Origin: the human T2T-CHM13v2.0 reference genome, Homo sapiens
Direction: 5' to 3'
Length of the DNA: 64,000 nucleotides
NCBI GenBank assembly: GCA_009914755.4
Contig: CP086569.2
Coordinates: 31,040,001-31,104,000 of the forward strand
In this document: positions 1 to 20,654 of the stretch, one piece after another
Position numbering within the stretch: the first letter of the stretch is position 1
How the letters are laid out: each line of letters begins with the position of its first letter
The notes under the pieces: model-generated
The model's input: only the letters and a program-made list of their open reading frames with translations
What the model was told of the DNA's origin: nothing
Databases searched by the model: none
Made by a program: the position numbers and the translations under genes

Positions 1-1010
1 CGGTTATATACAATATATACTATGTTACCTATAATGTATAATTTATTACATGTAAAATAAAGAATGCAATATATTATGTGTAATTTATTATATACAATAT
101 GTGGAATGTGATATATATAACATATAATATATGATATATGATATACAGTATATGATATATAACATACAATATATGATACCTAATATATATGATATACAAT
201 ATATATTTTATGATATGTATTCTATATGTTTTATATTCTGTTATATATAACTATTTGAAATTATATATAACTGTATATTTTATGTAAATATGTAATATAA
301 TATATATAACTATATAATATATTATATATAACTATATATTATGTTATATATACTTTTATAACTTAATTTACATAAAATATCATAGTATAATATATATTAT
401 ATTACTTCACATTACATAATATATATTACATATCACCCAATATAAGTAACATACATAATATTATAATATACATTATATTATGTTATATTAAATATCATAT
501 ATATCATGTATCATATATTCTATAATATATATTATACATTATATAATATGCATGTTGTCTATTATGTGATATATATAACTATATATATAATTATATTATT
601 ATACATATAACTAGATAAACATGTAATTCTACATATTTTCATTTATAATATATAGAATTACATAATCATATATAATTATTTATATTCTATAAAAAATTAT
701 ATCATTATATAAATTATAATATATAAAAATTATAATATGTACTACAAATATATATATTGTATATCATATATGATATAGTACCTTTGTTATATATGATAAT
801 ACATATAAATGTGTATTATGTTATCTATAATTATATAATTTCATATATAAGATGTATAATATTTATTATATATTATATATGTTATGTAATATATATAGTA
901 TATATAAGATGACACAGGATAAATATTATATACTATGACATATAAAATATATGAGGTTATATGTTACATATAAGGCATAGCACATAACATGTAATATATA
1001 TCATCTATAA
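1..1010. repeat. 3' portion of a truncated upstream unit (AT-rich segment only).
   Basis: It aligns to 2419-3430 of the next unit. Confidence 0.9.
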
Positions 1011-1310
<300 letters not shown>

Positions 1311-1880
1311 ATTTTTTAAATGAAAAAAAATTTCAAAGGTACTCTGCTTGGTACAATAATCAAATGTATAAACTGAGGAATAAAACATAACCATGAAACC
1401 TACTTATAAGTGCATATGGAAAATACAGAGGATAATTTTTTAAATAACATATTTTGAAAGCCTTAACTAGTAATTTGAAGAGTTGGCATTTGAAAGGCCA
1501 GTATGAATATACCTTCAAAGCAGCAACACAGGTTCCCCATGAGAAAAAGCAAACTCAGGGAAAATAAAACCACAAAGGTTCAATCTCTTCTGACCTTTGA
1601 AAGACACAGCACAGACAGTGGTCCTTAGGACGAAGAGCAGGAGACCCCTAATTCCGTCACCATGGCGATAGGGCATAAACACTGCTGGGTGAGGGCACAA
1701 TCCACATTGTGAGGTCCAACTGCTGCCAGGAAGACAGGAGTGCTTTTACATAGACCGAAAGGTCATTGAAGGCTCAGAGTTTTGTTTCAAGAACTGAATC
1801 CCAAGCCCACACGTTATTAGGCTGCGCTTCTTAAAACAAGTTATGAGATGGGAAAAAGGGCACCCACAAACATACGTATA
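1311..1880. other. Non-repetitive ~570 bp segment of the unit, with moderate GC and a few retained CpGs. Origin unknown; no coding or RNA-gene signal. The same segment recurs at an equivalent offset in every unit.
   Basis: It is complex, non-low-complexity sequence lying between the Alu and the AT-rich segment. It carries the recurring 61-aa and 71-aa minus-strand ORFs, which are interpreted as chance open frames. Confidence 0.8.
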
Positions 1881-3730
<1,850 letters not shown>

Positions 3731-5850
3731 ATTTTTTAAATGAAAAAAAATTTCAAAGGTACTCTGCTTGGTACAATAATCAAATGTATAAACTGAGGAA
3801 TAAAACATAACCATGAAACCTACTTATAAGTGCATATGGAAAATACAGAGGATAATTTTTTAAATCACATATTTTGAAAGCCTTAACTAGTAATTTGAAG
3901 AGTTGGCATTTGAAAGGCCAGTATGAATATACCTTCAAAGCAGCAACACAGGTTCCCCATGAGAAAAAGCAAACTCAGGGAAAATAAAACCACAAAGGTT
4001 CAATCTCTTCTGACCTTTGAAAGACACAGCACAGACAGTGGTCCTTAGGACGAAGAGCAGGAGACCCCTAATTCCGTCACCATGGCGATAGGGCATAAAC
4101 ACTGCTGGGTGAGGGCACAATCCACATTGTGAGGTCCAACTGCTGCCAGGAAGACAGGAGTGCTTTTACATAGACCGAAAGGTCATTGAAGGCTCAGAGT
4201 TTTGTTTCAAGAACTGAATCCCAAGCCCACACGTTATTAGGCTGCGCTTCTTAAAACAAGTTATGAGATGGGAAAAAGGGCACCCACAAACATACGTATA
4301 CATTATGTATATAATAATATACAGTATCATATATATAATATATATAACCTATGTATAATATTGTTTTACATCTTGCAACTTATATTATATATATTGTATA
4401 AAATATAATAATTGATAATATATAAGTTTTATATTTATACAATATGACATATAGTATATATTATAATTTATGACATATATAATATATGTTATATATCATA
4501 TATAGAATATATTATACGGTTAATATACGTATTAAATATAAATTATACATTATATGTATTATATATAATATATCTGCTATATATAATACCCATTATGCAT
4601 AATATATATATTATGTCTATGTTATGTATAGTATAAAACAACATATAATAATATATAATTGTATATATAAAATGCGACATATAATATATATTATATTTTA
4701 TGACATCTGTAATATATATTATATATTATATATAATACGTTGTATGTATAATACCTATATTAAATATATATTATATGACTATGTTATTAATTACATGTCA
4801 CATATGTTATATATTATATAGTTTACATAGAATATACCGGTTACATACAATATATACTACGTTACCTAAAATGTATAATTTATTACATGTAAAATAAAGA
4901 ATGCAATATATTATGTGTAATTTATAATATACAATATGTGGAATGTGATATATATAACATATAATATATGATATATGATATACAGTATATGATATATAAC
5001 ATACAATATATGATACCTAATATATGTGGTATACAATATATATTTTATGATATGTATTCTATATGTTTTATATTCTGTTATATATAACTATTTGAAATTA
5101 TATATAACTGTATAATATTTTATGTAAATATGTAATATAATATATATAACTATATAATATATTATATATAACTATATATTATGTTATATATACTTTTATA
5201 TCTTAATTTACATAAAATATCATAGTATAATATATATTATATTACTTCATATTACATAATATATATTACATATCACCCAATATAAGTAACATACATAATA
5301 TTATAATATACATTATATTAGGTTATATTAAACATCATATATATCATGTATCATATATTCTATAATATATATTATACATTATATAATATGCATGTTGTCT
5401 ATTATGTGATATATATAACTATATATATAATTATATTATTATACATATAACTAGATAAACATGTAATTCTACATATTTTCATTTATAATATATAGAATTA
5501 CATAATCATATATAATTATTTATATTCTATAAAAAATTATATCATTATATAAATTATAATATATAAAAATTATTATATGTACTACAAATATATATATTGT
5601 ATATCATATATGATATAGTACCTTTGTTATATATGATAATACATATAAATGTGTATTATGTTATCTATAATTATATAATTTCATATATAAGATGTATAAT
5701 ATTTATTATATATTATATATGTTATGTAATATATATAGTATATATAAGATGACACAGGATAAATATTATATACTATGACATATAAAATATATGAGGTTAT
5801 ATGTTACATATAAGGCATAGCACATAACATGTAATATATATCATCTATAA

Positions 5851-6150
<300 letters not shown>

Positions 6151-8246
6151 ATTTTTTAAATGAAAAAAAATTTCAAAGGTACTCTGCTTGGTACAATAAT
6201 CAAATGTATAAACTGAGGAATAAAACATAACCATGAAACCTACTTATAAGTGCATATGGAAAATACAGAGGATAATTTTTTAAATAACATATTTTGAAAG
6301 CCTTAACTAGTAATTTGAAGGGTTGGCATTTGAAAGGCCAGTATGAATATACCTTCAAAGCAGCAACACAGGTTCCCCATGAGAAAAAGCAAACTCAGGG
6401 AAAATAAAACCACAAAGGTTCAATCTCTTCTGACCTTTGAAAGACACAGCACAGACAGTGGTCCTTAGGACGAAGAGCAGGAGACCCCTAATTCCGTCAC
6501 CATGGCGATAGGGCATAAACACTGCTGGGTGAGGGCACAATCCACATTGTGAGGTCCAACTGCTGCCAGGAAGACAGGAGTGCTTTTACATAGACCGAAA
6601 GGTCATTGAAGGCTCAGAGTTTTGTTTCAAGAACTGAATCCCAAGCCCACACGTTATTAGGCTGCGCTTCTTAAAACAAGTTATGAGATGGGAAAAAGGG
6701 CACCCACAAACATACGTATACATTATGTATATAATAATATACAGTATCATAAATATAATATATATAACCTATGTATAATATTGTTTTACATCCTGCATCT
6801 TATATTATATATATTGTATAAAATATAATAATTGATAATATATAAGTTTTATATTTATACAATATGACATATAGTATATATTATAATTTATGACATATAT
6901 AATATATGTTATATATCATATATAGAATATATTATACGGTTAATATACGTATTAAATATAAATTATACATTATATGTATTATATATAATATATCTGCTAT
7001 ATATAATACCCATTATGCATAATATATATATTATGTCTATGTTATGTATAGTATAAAACAACATATAATAATATATAATTGTATATATAAAATGCGACAT
7101 ATAATATATATTATATTTTATGACATCTGTAATATATATTATATATTATATACAATACGTTGTATGTATAATACCTATATTAAATATATATTATATGACT
7201 ATGTTATTAATTACATGTCACATATGTTATATATTATATAGTTTACATAGAATATACCGGTTACATACAATATATACTATGTTACCTATAATGTATAATT
7301 TATTACATGTAAAATAAAGAATGCAATATATTATGTGTAATTTATAATATACAATATGTGGAATGTGATATATATAACATATAATATATGATATATGATA
7401 TACAGTATATGATATATAACATACAATATATGATACCTAATATATATGGTATACAATATATATTTTATGATATGTATTCTATATGTTTTATATTCTGTTA
7501 TATATAACTATTTGAAATTATATATAACTGTATAATATTTTATGTAAATATGTAATATAATATAAATAACTATATAATATATTATATATAAATACATATT
7601 ATGTTATATATACTTTTATAACATAATTTACATAAAATATCATAATATAATATATATTATATTATTTCATATTACATAATATATATTACATATCACCCAA
7701 TATAAGTAACATACATAATATTATAATATAGATTATATTATGTTATATTAAATATCATATATATCATGTATCATATAATCTATAATATATATTATACATT
7801 ATATAATATGTATGTTGTCTATTATGTGATATATATAACTATATATATAATTATATTATTATACATATAACTAGATAAACATGTAATTCTACATATTTTC
7901 ATTTATAATGTATAGAATTATATAATCATATATAATTATTTATATTCTATAAAAAATTATATCATTATAAAAATTATAATATATAAAAATTATAATATGT
8001 ACTACAAATATATATATTATATATCATATATGATATAGTACCTTTGTTATATATCATAATACATATAAATGTGTATTATGTTATCTATAATTATATAATT
8101 TCATATATTAATGTATAATATTTATTATATATTATATATGTTATGTAATATATATGGTATATATAAGATGACACAGGATAAATATTATATACTATGACAT
8201 ATAAAATATATGAGGTTATATGTTACATATAAGGCATAGCACATAA

Positions 8247-8569
<323 letters not shown>

Positions 8570-10664
8570 ATTTTTTAAATGAAAAAAAATTTAAAAGGTA
8601 CTCTGCTTGGTACAATAATCAAATGTATAAACTGAGGAATAAAACATAACCATGAAACCTACTTATAACTGCATATGGAAAATACAGAGGATAATTTTTT
8701 AAATAACATATTTTGAAAGCCTTAACTAGTAATTTGAAGAGTTGGCATTTGAAAGGCCAGTATGAATATACCTTCAAAGCAGCAACACAGGTTCCCCATG
8801 AGAAAAAGCAAACTCAGGGAAAATAAAACCACAAAGGTTCAATCTCTTCTGACCTTTGAAAGACACAGCACAGACAGTGGCCCTTAGGACGAAGAGCAGG
8901 AGACCCCTAATTCCGTCACCATGGCGATAGGGCATAAACACTGCTGGGTGAGGGCACAATCCACATTGTGAGGTCCAACTGCTGCCAGGAAGACAGGAGT
9001 GCTTTTACATAGACCGAAAGGTCATTGAAGGCTCAGAGTTTTGTTTCAAGAACTGAATCCCAAGCCCACACGTCATTAGGCTGCGCTTCTTAAAACAAGT
9101 TATGAGATGGGAAAAAGGGCACCCACAAACATACGTATACATTATGTATATAATAATATACAGTATCATATATATAATATATATAACCTATGTATAATAT
9201 TGTTTTACATCCTGCATCTTATATTATATATATTGTGTAAAATATAATAATTGATAATATATAAGTTTTATATTTATACAATAAGACATATAGTATATAT
9301 TATAATTTATGACATATATAATATATGTTATATATCATATATAGAATATATTATACGGTTAACATACGTATTAAATATAAATTATACATTATATGTATTA
9401 TATATAATATATCTGCTATATATAATACCCATTATGCATAATATATATATTATGTCTATGTTATGTATAGTATAAAACAACATATAATAATATATAATTG
9501 TATATATAAAATGCGACATATAATATATATTATATTTTATGACATCTGTAATATATATTATATATTATATATAATACGTTGTACGTATAATACCTATATT
9601 AAATATATATTATATGACTATGTTATTAATTACATGTCACATATGTTATATATTATATATTTTACATAGAATATACCGGTTACATACAATATATACTATG
9701 TTACCTATAATGTATAATATATTACATTTAAAATAAAGAATGCAATATATTATGTATAATTTATAATATACAATATGTGGAATGTGATATATATAACATA
9801 TAATATATGATATATGATATACAGTATATGATATATAACATACAATATATGATACATAATATATATGGTATACAATATATATTTTATGATATGTATTCTA
9901 TATGTTTCATATTCTGTTATATATAACTATTTGAAATTAAATATAACTGTATAATATTTTATGTAAATATGTAATATAATATATAAATATGTAATATATT
10001 ATATATAACTATATATTATGTTATATATACTTTTATAACATAATTTACATAAAATATCATAATATAATATATATTATATTATTTCATATTACATAATATA
10101 TATTATATATCACCCAATATAAGTAACATACATAATATTATATTATACATTATTTTATGTTATATTAAATATCATATATATCATGTATCATATATTCTAT
10201 AATATATATTATACATTATATAATATGTATGTTGTCTATTATGTGATATTTATAACTATATATATAATTATATTATTATACATATAACTAGATAAACATG
10301 TAATTCTACATATTTTCATTTATAATATATAGAATTATATAATCATATATAATTATTTATATTCTATAAAAAATTATAGCTTTATATAAATTATAATATA
10401 TAAAAATTATAATATGTACTACAAATATATATATTGTATATCATATATGATATAGTACCTTTGTTATATATGATAATACATATAAATGTGTATTATGTTA
10501 TCTATAATTATATAATTTCATATATAAGATGTATAATATTTATTATATATTATATATGTTATGTAATATATATAGTATATATAAGATGACACAGGATAAA
10601 TATTATATACTATGACATATAAAATATATGAGGTTATATGTTACATATAAGGCATAGCACATAA

Positions 10665-10987
<323 letters not shown>

Positions 10988-13084
10988 ATTTTTTAAATGA
11001 AAAAAAATTTCAAAGGTACTCTGCTTGGTACAATAATCAAATGTATAAACTGAGGAATAAAACATAACCATGAAACCTACTTATAACTGCATATGGAAAA
11101 TACAGAGGATAATTTTTTAAATCACATATTTTGAAAGCCTTAACTAGTAATTTGAAGAGTTGGCATTTGAAAGGCCAGTATGAATATACCTTCAAAGCAG
11201 CAACACAGGTTCCCCATGAGAAAAAGCAAACTCAGGGAAAATAAAACCACAAAGGTTCAATCTCTTCTGACCTTTGAAAGACACAGCACAGACAGTGGTC
11301 CTTAGGACGAAGAGCAGGAGACCCCTAATTCCGTCACCATGGCGATAGGGCATAAACACTGCTGGGTGAGGGCACAATCCACATTGTGAGGTCCAACTGC
11401 TGCCAGGAAGACAGGAGTGCTTTTACATAGACCGAAAGGTCATTGAAGGCTCAGAGTTTTGTTTCAAGAACTGAATCCCAAGCCCACACGTTATTAGGCT
11501 GCGCTTCTTAAAACAAGTTATGAGATGGGAAAAAGGGCACCCACAAACATACGTATACATTATGTATATAATAATATACAGTATCATATATATAATATAT
11601 ATAACCTATGTATAATATTGTTTTACATCCTGCATCTTATATTATATATATTGTGTAAAATATAATAATTGATAATATATAAGTTTTATATTTATACCAC
11701 ATGACATATAGTATATATTATAATTTATGACATATATAATATATGTTATATATCATATATAGAATATATTATACGGTTAACATACGTATTAAATATAAAT
11801 TATACATTATATGTATTATATATAATATATCTGCTATATATAATACCCATTATGCATAATATATATATTATGTCTATGTTATGTATAGTATAAAACAACA
11901 TATAATAATATATAATTGTATATATAAAATGCGACATATAATATATATTATATTTTATGACATCTGTAATATATATTATATATTATATATAATACGTTGT
12001 ATGTATAATACCTATATTAAATATATATTATATGACTATGTTATTAATTACATGTCACATATGTTATATATTATATAGTTTACATAGAATATACCGGTTA
12101 CATACAATATATACTATGTTACCTATAATGTATAATTTATTACATGTAAAATAATGAATGCAATATATTATGTGTAATTTATAATATACAATATGTGGAA
12201 TGTGATATATATAACATATAATATATGATATATGATATACAGTATATGATATATAACATACAATATATGATACCTAATATATATGGTATACAATATATAT
12301 TTTATGATATGTATTCTATATGTTTTATATTCTGTTATATATAACTATTTGAAATTATATATAACTGTATAATATTTTATGTAAATATGTAATATAATAT
12401 ATATAACTATATAATATATTATATATAACTATATATTATGTTATATATACTTTTATAACTTAATTTACATAAAATATCATAGTATAATATATATTATATT
12501 ACTTCATATTACATAATATATATTACATATCACCCAATATAAGTAACATACATAATATTATAATATACATTATATTATGTTATATTAAATATCATATATA
12601 TCATGTATCATATATTCTATAATATATATTATACATTATATAATATGCATGTTGTCTATTATGTGATATATATAACTATATATATAATTATATTATTATA
12701 CATATATCTAGATAAACATGTAATTCTACATATTTTCATTTATAATATATAGAATTACATAATCATATATAATTATTTATATTCTATAAAAAATTATATC
12801 ATTATATAAATTATAATATATAAAAATTATAATATGTACTACAAATATATATATTATATATCATATATGATATAGTACCTTTGTTATATATGATAATACA
12901 TATAAATGTGTATTATGTTATCTATAATTATATAATTTCATATATAAGATGTATAATATTTATTATATATTATATATGTTATGTAATATATATAGTATAT
13001 ATAAGATGACACAGGATAAATATTATATACTATGACATATAAAATATATGAGGTTATATGTTAGATATAAGGCATAGCACATAA

Positions 13085-13407
<323 letters not shown>

Positions 13408-15502
13408 ATTTTTTAAATGAAAAAAAATTTCAAAGGTACTCTGCTTGGTACAATAATCAAATGTATAAACTGAGGAATAAAACATAACCATGAAACCTAC
13501 TTATAAGTGCATATGGAAAATACAGAGGATAATTTTTTAAATAACATATTTTGAAAGCCTTAACTAGTAATTTGAAGAGTTGGCATTTGAAAGGCCAGTA
13601 TGAATATACCTTCAAAGCAGCAACACAGGTTCCCCATGAGAAAAAGCAAACTCAGGGAAAATAAAACCACAAAGGTTCAATCTCTTCTGACCTTTGAAAG
13701 ACACAGCACAGACAGTGGTCCTTAGGACGAAGAGCAGGAGACCCCTAATTCCGTCACCATGGCGATAGGGCATAAACACTGCTGGGTGAGGGCACAATCC
13801 ACATTGTGAGGTCCAACTGCTGCCAGGAAGACAGGAGTGCTTTTACATAGACCGAAAGGTCATTGAAGGCTCAGAGTTTTGTTTCAAGAACTGAATCCCA
13901 AGCCCACACGTTATTAGGCTGCGCTTCTTAAAACAAGTTATGAGATGGGAAAAAGGGCACCCACAAACATACGTATACATTATGTATATAATAATATACA
14001 GTATCATATATATAATATATATAACCTATGTATAATATTGTTTTACATCCTGCATCTTATATTATATATATTGTATAAAATATAATAATTGATAATATAT
14101 AAGTTTTATATTTATACAATATGACATATAGTATATATTATAATTTATGACATATATAATATATGTTATATATCATATATAGAATATATTATACGGTTAA
14201 CATACGTATTAAATATAAATTATACATTATATGTATTATATATAATATATCTGCTATATATAATACCCATTATGCATAATATATATATTATGTCTATGTT
14301 ATGTATAGTATAAAACAACATATAATAATATATAATTGTATATATAAAATGCGACATATAATATATATTATATTTTATGACATCTGTAATATATATTATA
14401 TATTATATATAATACGTTGTATGTATAATACCTATATTAAATATATATTATATGACTATGTTATTAATTACATGTCACATATGTTATATATTATATATTT
14501 TACATAGAATATACCGGTTACATACAATATATACTATGTTACCTATAATGTATAATATATTACATGTAAAATAAAGAATGCAATATATTATGTATAATTT
14601 ATAATATACCATATGTGGAATGTGATATATATAACATATAATATATGATATATGATATACAGTATATGATATATAACATACAATATATGATACATAATAT
14701 ATATGGTATACAATATATATTTTATGATATGTATTCTATATGTTTTATATTCTGTTATATATAACTATTTGAAATTATATATAACTGTATAATATTTTAT
14801 GTAAATATGTAATATAATATATAAATATGTAATATATTATATATAACTATATATTATGTTATATATACTTTTATAACATAATTTACATAAAATATCATAA
14901 TATAATATATATTATATTATTTCATATTACATAATATATATTATATATCACCCAATATAAGTAACATACATAATATTATAATATAGATTATATTATGTTA
15001 TATTAAATATCATATATATCATGTATCATATATTCTATAATATATATTATACATTATATAATATGTATGTTGTCTATTATGTGATATATATAACTATATA
15101 TATAATTATATTATTATACATATATCTAGATAAACATGTAATTCTACATATTTTCATTTATAATATATAGAATTATATAATCATATATAATTATTTATAT
15201 TGTATAAAAAATTATAGCTTTATATAAATTATAATATATAAAAATTATAATATGTACTACAAATATATATATTGTATATCATATATGATATAGTACCTTT
15301 GTTATATATGATAATACATATAAATGTGTATTATGTTATCTATAATTATATAATTTCATATATAAGATGTATAATATTTATTATATATTATATATGTTAT
15401 GTAATATATATAGTATATATAAGATGACACAGGATAAATATTATATACTATGACATATAAAATATATGAGGTTATATGTTACATATAAGGCATAGCACAT
15501 AA

Positions 15503-15825
<323 letters not shown>

Positions 15826-17938
15826 ATTTTTTAAATGAAAAAAAATTTCAAAGGTACTCTGCTTGGTACAATAATCAAATGTATAAACTGAGGAATAAAA
15901 CATAACCATGAAACCTACTTATAACTGCATATGGAAAATACAGAGGAAAATTTTTTAAATCACATATTTTGAAAGCCTTAACTAGTAATTTGAAGAGTTG
16001 GCATTTGAAAGGCCAGTATGAATATACCTTCAAAGCAGCAACACAGGTTCCCCATGAGAAAAAGCAAACACAGGGAAAATAAAAACACAAAGGTTCAATC
16101 TCTTCTGACCTTTGAAAGACACAGCACAGACAGTGGTCCTTAGGACGAAGAGCAGGAGACCCCTAATTCCGTCACCATGGCGATAGGGCATAAACATTGC
16201 TGGGTGAGGGCACAATCCACATTGTGAGGTCCAACTGCTGCCAGGAAGACAGGAGTGCTTTTACATAGACCGAAAGGTCATTGAAGGCTCAGAGTTTTGT
16301 TTCAAGAACTGAATCCCAAGCCCACACGTTATTAGGCTGCGCTTCTTAAAACAAGTTATGAGATGGGAAAAAGGGCATCCACAAACATACGTATACATTA
16401 TGTATATAATAATATACAGTGTCATATATATAATATATATAACCTATGTATAATATTGTTTTACATCCTTCATCTTCTGTTATATATATTGTATAAAATA
16501 TAATAATTGATAATATATAAGTTTTATAATTATACAATATGACATATAGTATATATTATAATTTATGACATATATAATATATGTTATATATCATATATAG
16601 AATATATTATACGGTTAATATACGTATTAAATATAAATTATACATTATATATATTATATATAATATATCTGTTATATATAATACCCATTATGCATAATAT
16701 ATATATTATGTCTATGTTACATATAGTATAAAACAACATATAATAATATATAATTGTATATATAAAATGCGACATATAATATATATTATATTTTATAACA
16801 TATGCAATATATATTATATATAATACGTTGTATGTATAATACCTATATTAAATATATATTATATGACTATGTTATTAATTACATGTCACATGTGTTATAT
16901 ATTATATATTTTACATAGAATATACCGGTTACATACAATATATACTATGTTACCTATAATGTATAATTTATTACATGTAAAATAAAGAATGCAATATATT
17001 ATGTAAAATTTATAATATACATTATGTGGAATGTGATATATATAACATATAATATATGATATATGATATACAGTATATGATATATAACATACAATATATG
17101 ATTCCTAATATATATGGTATACAATATATATTTTATGATATGTATTCTATATGTTTTATATTCTGTTATATATAACTATTTGAAATTATATATAACTGTA
17201 TAATATTTTATGTAAATATGTAATATAATATATATAACTATATAATATATTATATATAACTATATATTATGTTATATATACTTTTATAACATAATTTACA
17301 TAAAATATCATAATATAATATATATTATATTATTTCATATTACATAATATATATTACATATCACCCAATATAACTAACATACATAATATTATAATATAGA
17401 TTATATTATGTTATATGAAATATCATATATATCATGTATCATATATTCTATAATATATATTACACATTATATAATATGTATGTTGTCTATTATGTGATAT
17501 ATATAACTCTATATATAATTATATTATTATACATATAACTAGATAAACATGTAATTCTACATATTTTCATTTATAATATGTAGAATTATATAATCATATA
17601 TAATTATTTATATTCTATAAAAAATTTTATCATTATATAAATTATAATATATAAAAATTATAATATGTACTACAAATATATATATTATATATCATATATG
17701 ATATAGTACCTTTGTTATATATCATAATACATATAAATGTGTATTATGTTATCTATAATTATATAATTTCATATATAAGATGTATAATATGTATCATATA
17801 TTATATATGTTATGTAATACATATAGTATATATAAGATGACACAGGATAAATATTATATACTATGACATATAAAATATATGAGGTTATATGTTACATATA
17901 AGGCATAGCACATAACATGTAATATATACCATATATAA

Positions 17939-18238
17939 TTTTTTTTTAGACAGAATCTTGTCCTGTTGCACAGGGTGGGGTACAATGGCGCCATCTTTGC
18001 TCACTGCAACTTCTGCCTCACGGGTCCAAGCGATTGTCCTCCCTCAGCCTCCCAGGTAGCTGGGACCACACCACACTGGGACTACACCAGCTGCCACCAT
18101 GCCTAGCTAATTTTTTGGATTTTTAGTAGTGACAGCGTTTCACTGTATTGGCCAGGATGGTCTTGATCTCTTCACCTTGTGATCCCCTTGCCTTGGCCTC
18201 CAAATTTGCTGGGATTACAGGCCTGAGCCAAGATCCAT
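17939..18238 (-). mobile_element. Alu copy 8 (B, early variant with 'gggaccacaccacactgg').
   Basis: Periodic copy. Confidence 0.95.
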
Positions 18239-20331
18239 ATTTTTTAAATGAAAAAAAATTTCAAAGGTACTCTGCTTGGTACAATAATCAAATGTATAAA
18301 CTGAGGAATAAAACATAACCATGAAACCTACTTATAACTGCATATGGAAAATACAGAGGATAATTTTTTAAATAACATATTTTGAAAGCCTTAACTAGTA
18401 ATTTGAAGAGTTGGCATTTGAAAGGCCAGTATGAATATACCTTCAAAGCAGCAACACAGGTTCCCCATGAGAAAAAGCAAACACAGGGAAAATAAAAACA
18501 CAAAGGTTCAATCTCTTCTGACCTTTGAAAGACACAGCAAAGACAGTGGTCCTTAGGACGAAGAGCAGGAGACCCCTAATTCCGTCACCATGGCGATAGG
18601 GTATAAACATTGCTGGGTGAGGGCACAATCCACATTGTGAGGTCCAACTGCTGCCAGGAAGACAGGAGTGCTTTTACATAGACCGAAAGGTCATTGAAGG
18701 CTCAGAGTTTTGTTTCAAGAACTGAATCCCAAGCCCACACGTTATTAGGCTGCGCTTCTTAAAACAAGTTATGAGATGGGAAAAAGGGCACCCACAAACA
18801 TACGTATACATTATGTATATAATAATATACAGTATCATATATATAATATATATAACCTATGTATAATATTGTTTTACATCCTGCATCTTATGTTATATAT
18901 ATTGTATAAAATATAATAATTGTTAATATATAAGTTTTATATTTATAAAATATGACATATAGTATATATTATAATTTATGACATATATAATATATGTTAT
19001 ATATCATATATACAATATATTATACGGTTAATATACGTATTAAATATAAATTATACATTATATATATTATATATAATATATCTGTTATATATAATACCCA
19101 TTATACATAATATATATATTATGTCTATGTTATATATAGTATAAAACAACATATAATAATATATAATTGTATATATAAAATGCAACATATAATATATGTT
19201 ATATTTTATAACATATGTAATATATATTATATATTATATATAATACGTTGTATGCATAATACCTATATTAAATATATATTATATGACTATGTTATTAATT
19301 ACATGTCACATGTGTTATATATTATATATTTTACATAGAATATACCGGTTACATACAATATATACTATGTTACCTATAATGTATAATTGATTACATGTAA
19401 AATAAAGAATGCAATATATTATGTATAATTTATAATATACAATATGTGGAATGTGATATATATAACATATAATATATGATATATGATATACAGTATATGA
19501 TATATAACATACAATATATGATTCCTAATATATATGGTATACAATATATATTTTATGATATGTATTCTATATGTTTTATATTCTGTTATATATAACTATT
19601 TGAAATTATATATAACTGTATAATATTTTATGTAAATATGTAATATAATATATAACTATATAATATATTATATATAACTATATATTATGTTATATATACT
19701 TTTATAACATAATTTACATAAAATATCATAACATAATATATATTATATTATTTCATATTACATAATATATATTACATATCACCCAATATAACTAACATAC
19801 AAAATATTATAATATAGATTATATTGTTATATTAAATATCATATATATCATGTGTCATATATTCTATAATATATATTACACATTATATAATATGTATGTT
19901 GTCTATTATGTGATATATATAACTCTATATATAATTTTATTTTTATACATATAACTAGATAAACATGTAATTCTACATATTTTCATTTATAATATGTAGA
20001 ATTATATAATCATATATAATTATTTATATTCTATAAAAAATTTTATCATTATATAAATTATAATATATAAAAATTATAATATGTACTACAAATATATATA
20101 TTATATATCATATATGATATAGTACCTTTGTTATATATCATAATACATATAAATGTGTATTATGTTATCTATAATTATATAATTTCATATATAAGATGTA
20201 TAATATGTATCATATATTATATATGTTATGTAATATACATAGTATATATAAGATGACACAGGATAAATATTATATACTATGACATATAAAATATATCAGG
20301 TTATATGTTACATATAAGGCATAGCACATAA

Positions 20332-20654
<323 letters not shown>

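Noticed and set aside
1515-1700. 61-aa minus-strand ORF (MCPHPAVFMPYRHGDG...) recurring in every unit (1515, 3935, 6355 ... 61948), with a 77-aa extended form at 28056 and 44988.
   Set aside because: It recurs because the DNA is tandemly duplicated, not because of selection. The three nucleotide differences between subfamilies A and B inside the frame are all nonsynonymous (V to M, G to V, E to V). The sequence is internally low-complexity with no recognisable domain. It sits in a satellite unit, and one copy (unit at ~49869) has lost the frame with no other change. It is most likely a chance open frame.
18288-18503. 71-aa minus-strand ORF (MCFYFPCVCFFSWGTCVAALKVY...) overlapping the 61-aa ORF in subfamily B units.
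   Set aside because: It is present only in B units and is interrupted in A units. It overlaps the other ORF out of frame, and variants (F to L, W to R, C to F, T to A, M to W at the start) are scattered with no sign of constraint. Chance ORF.
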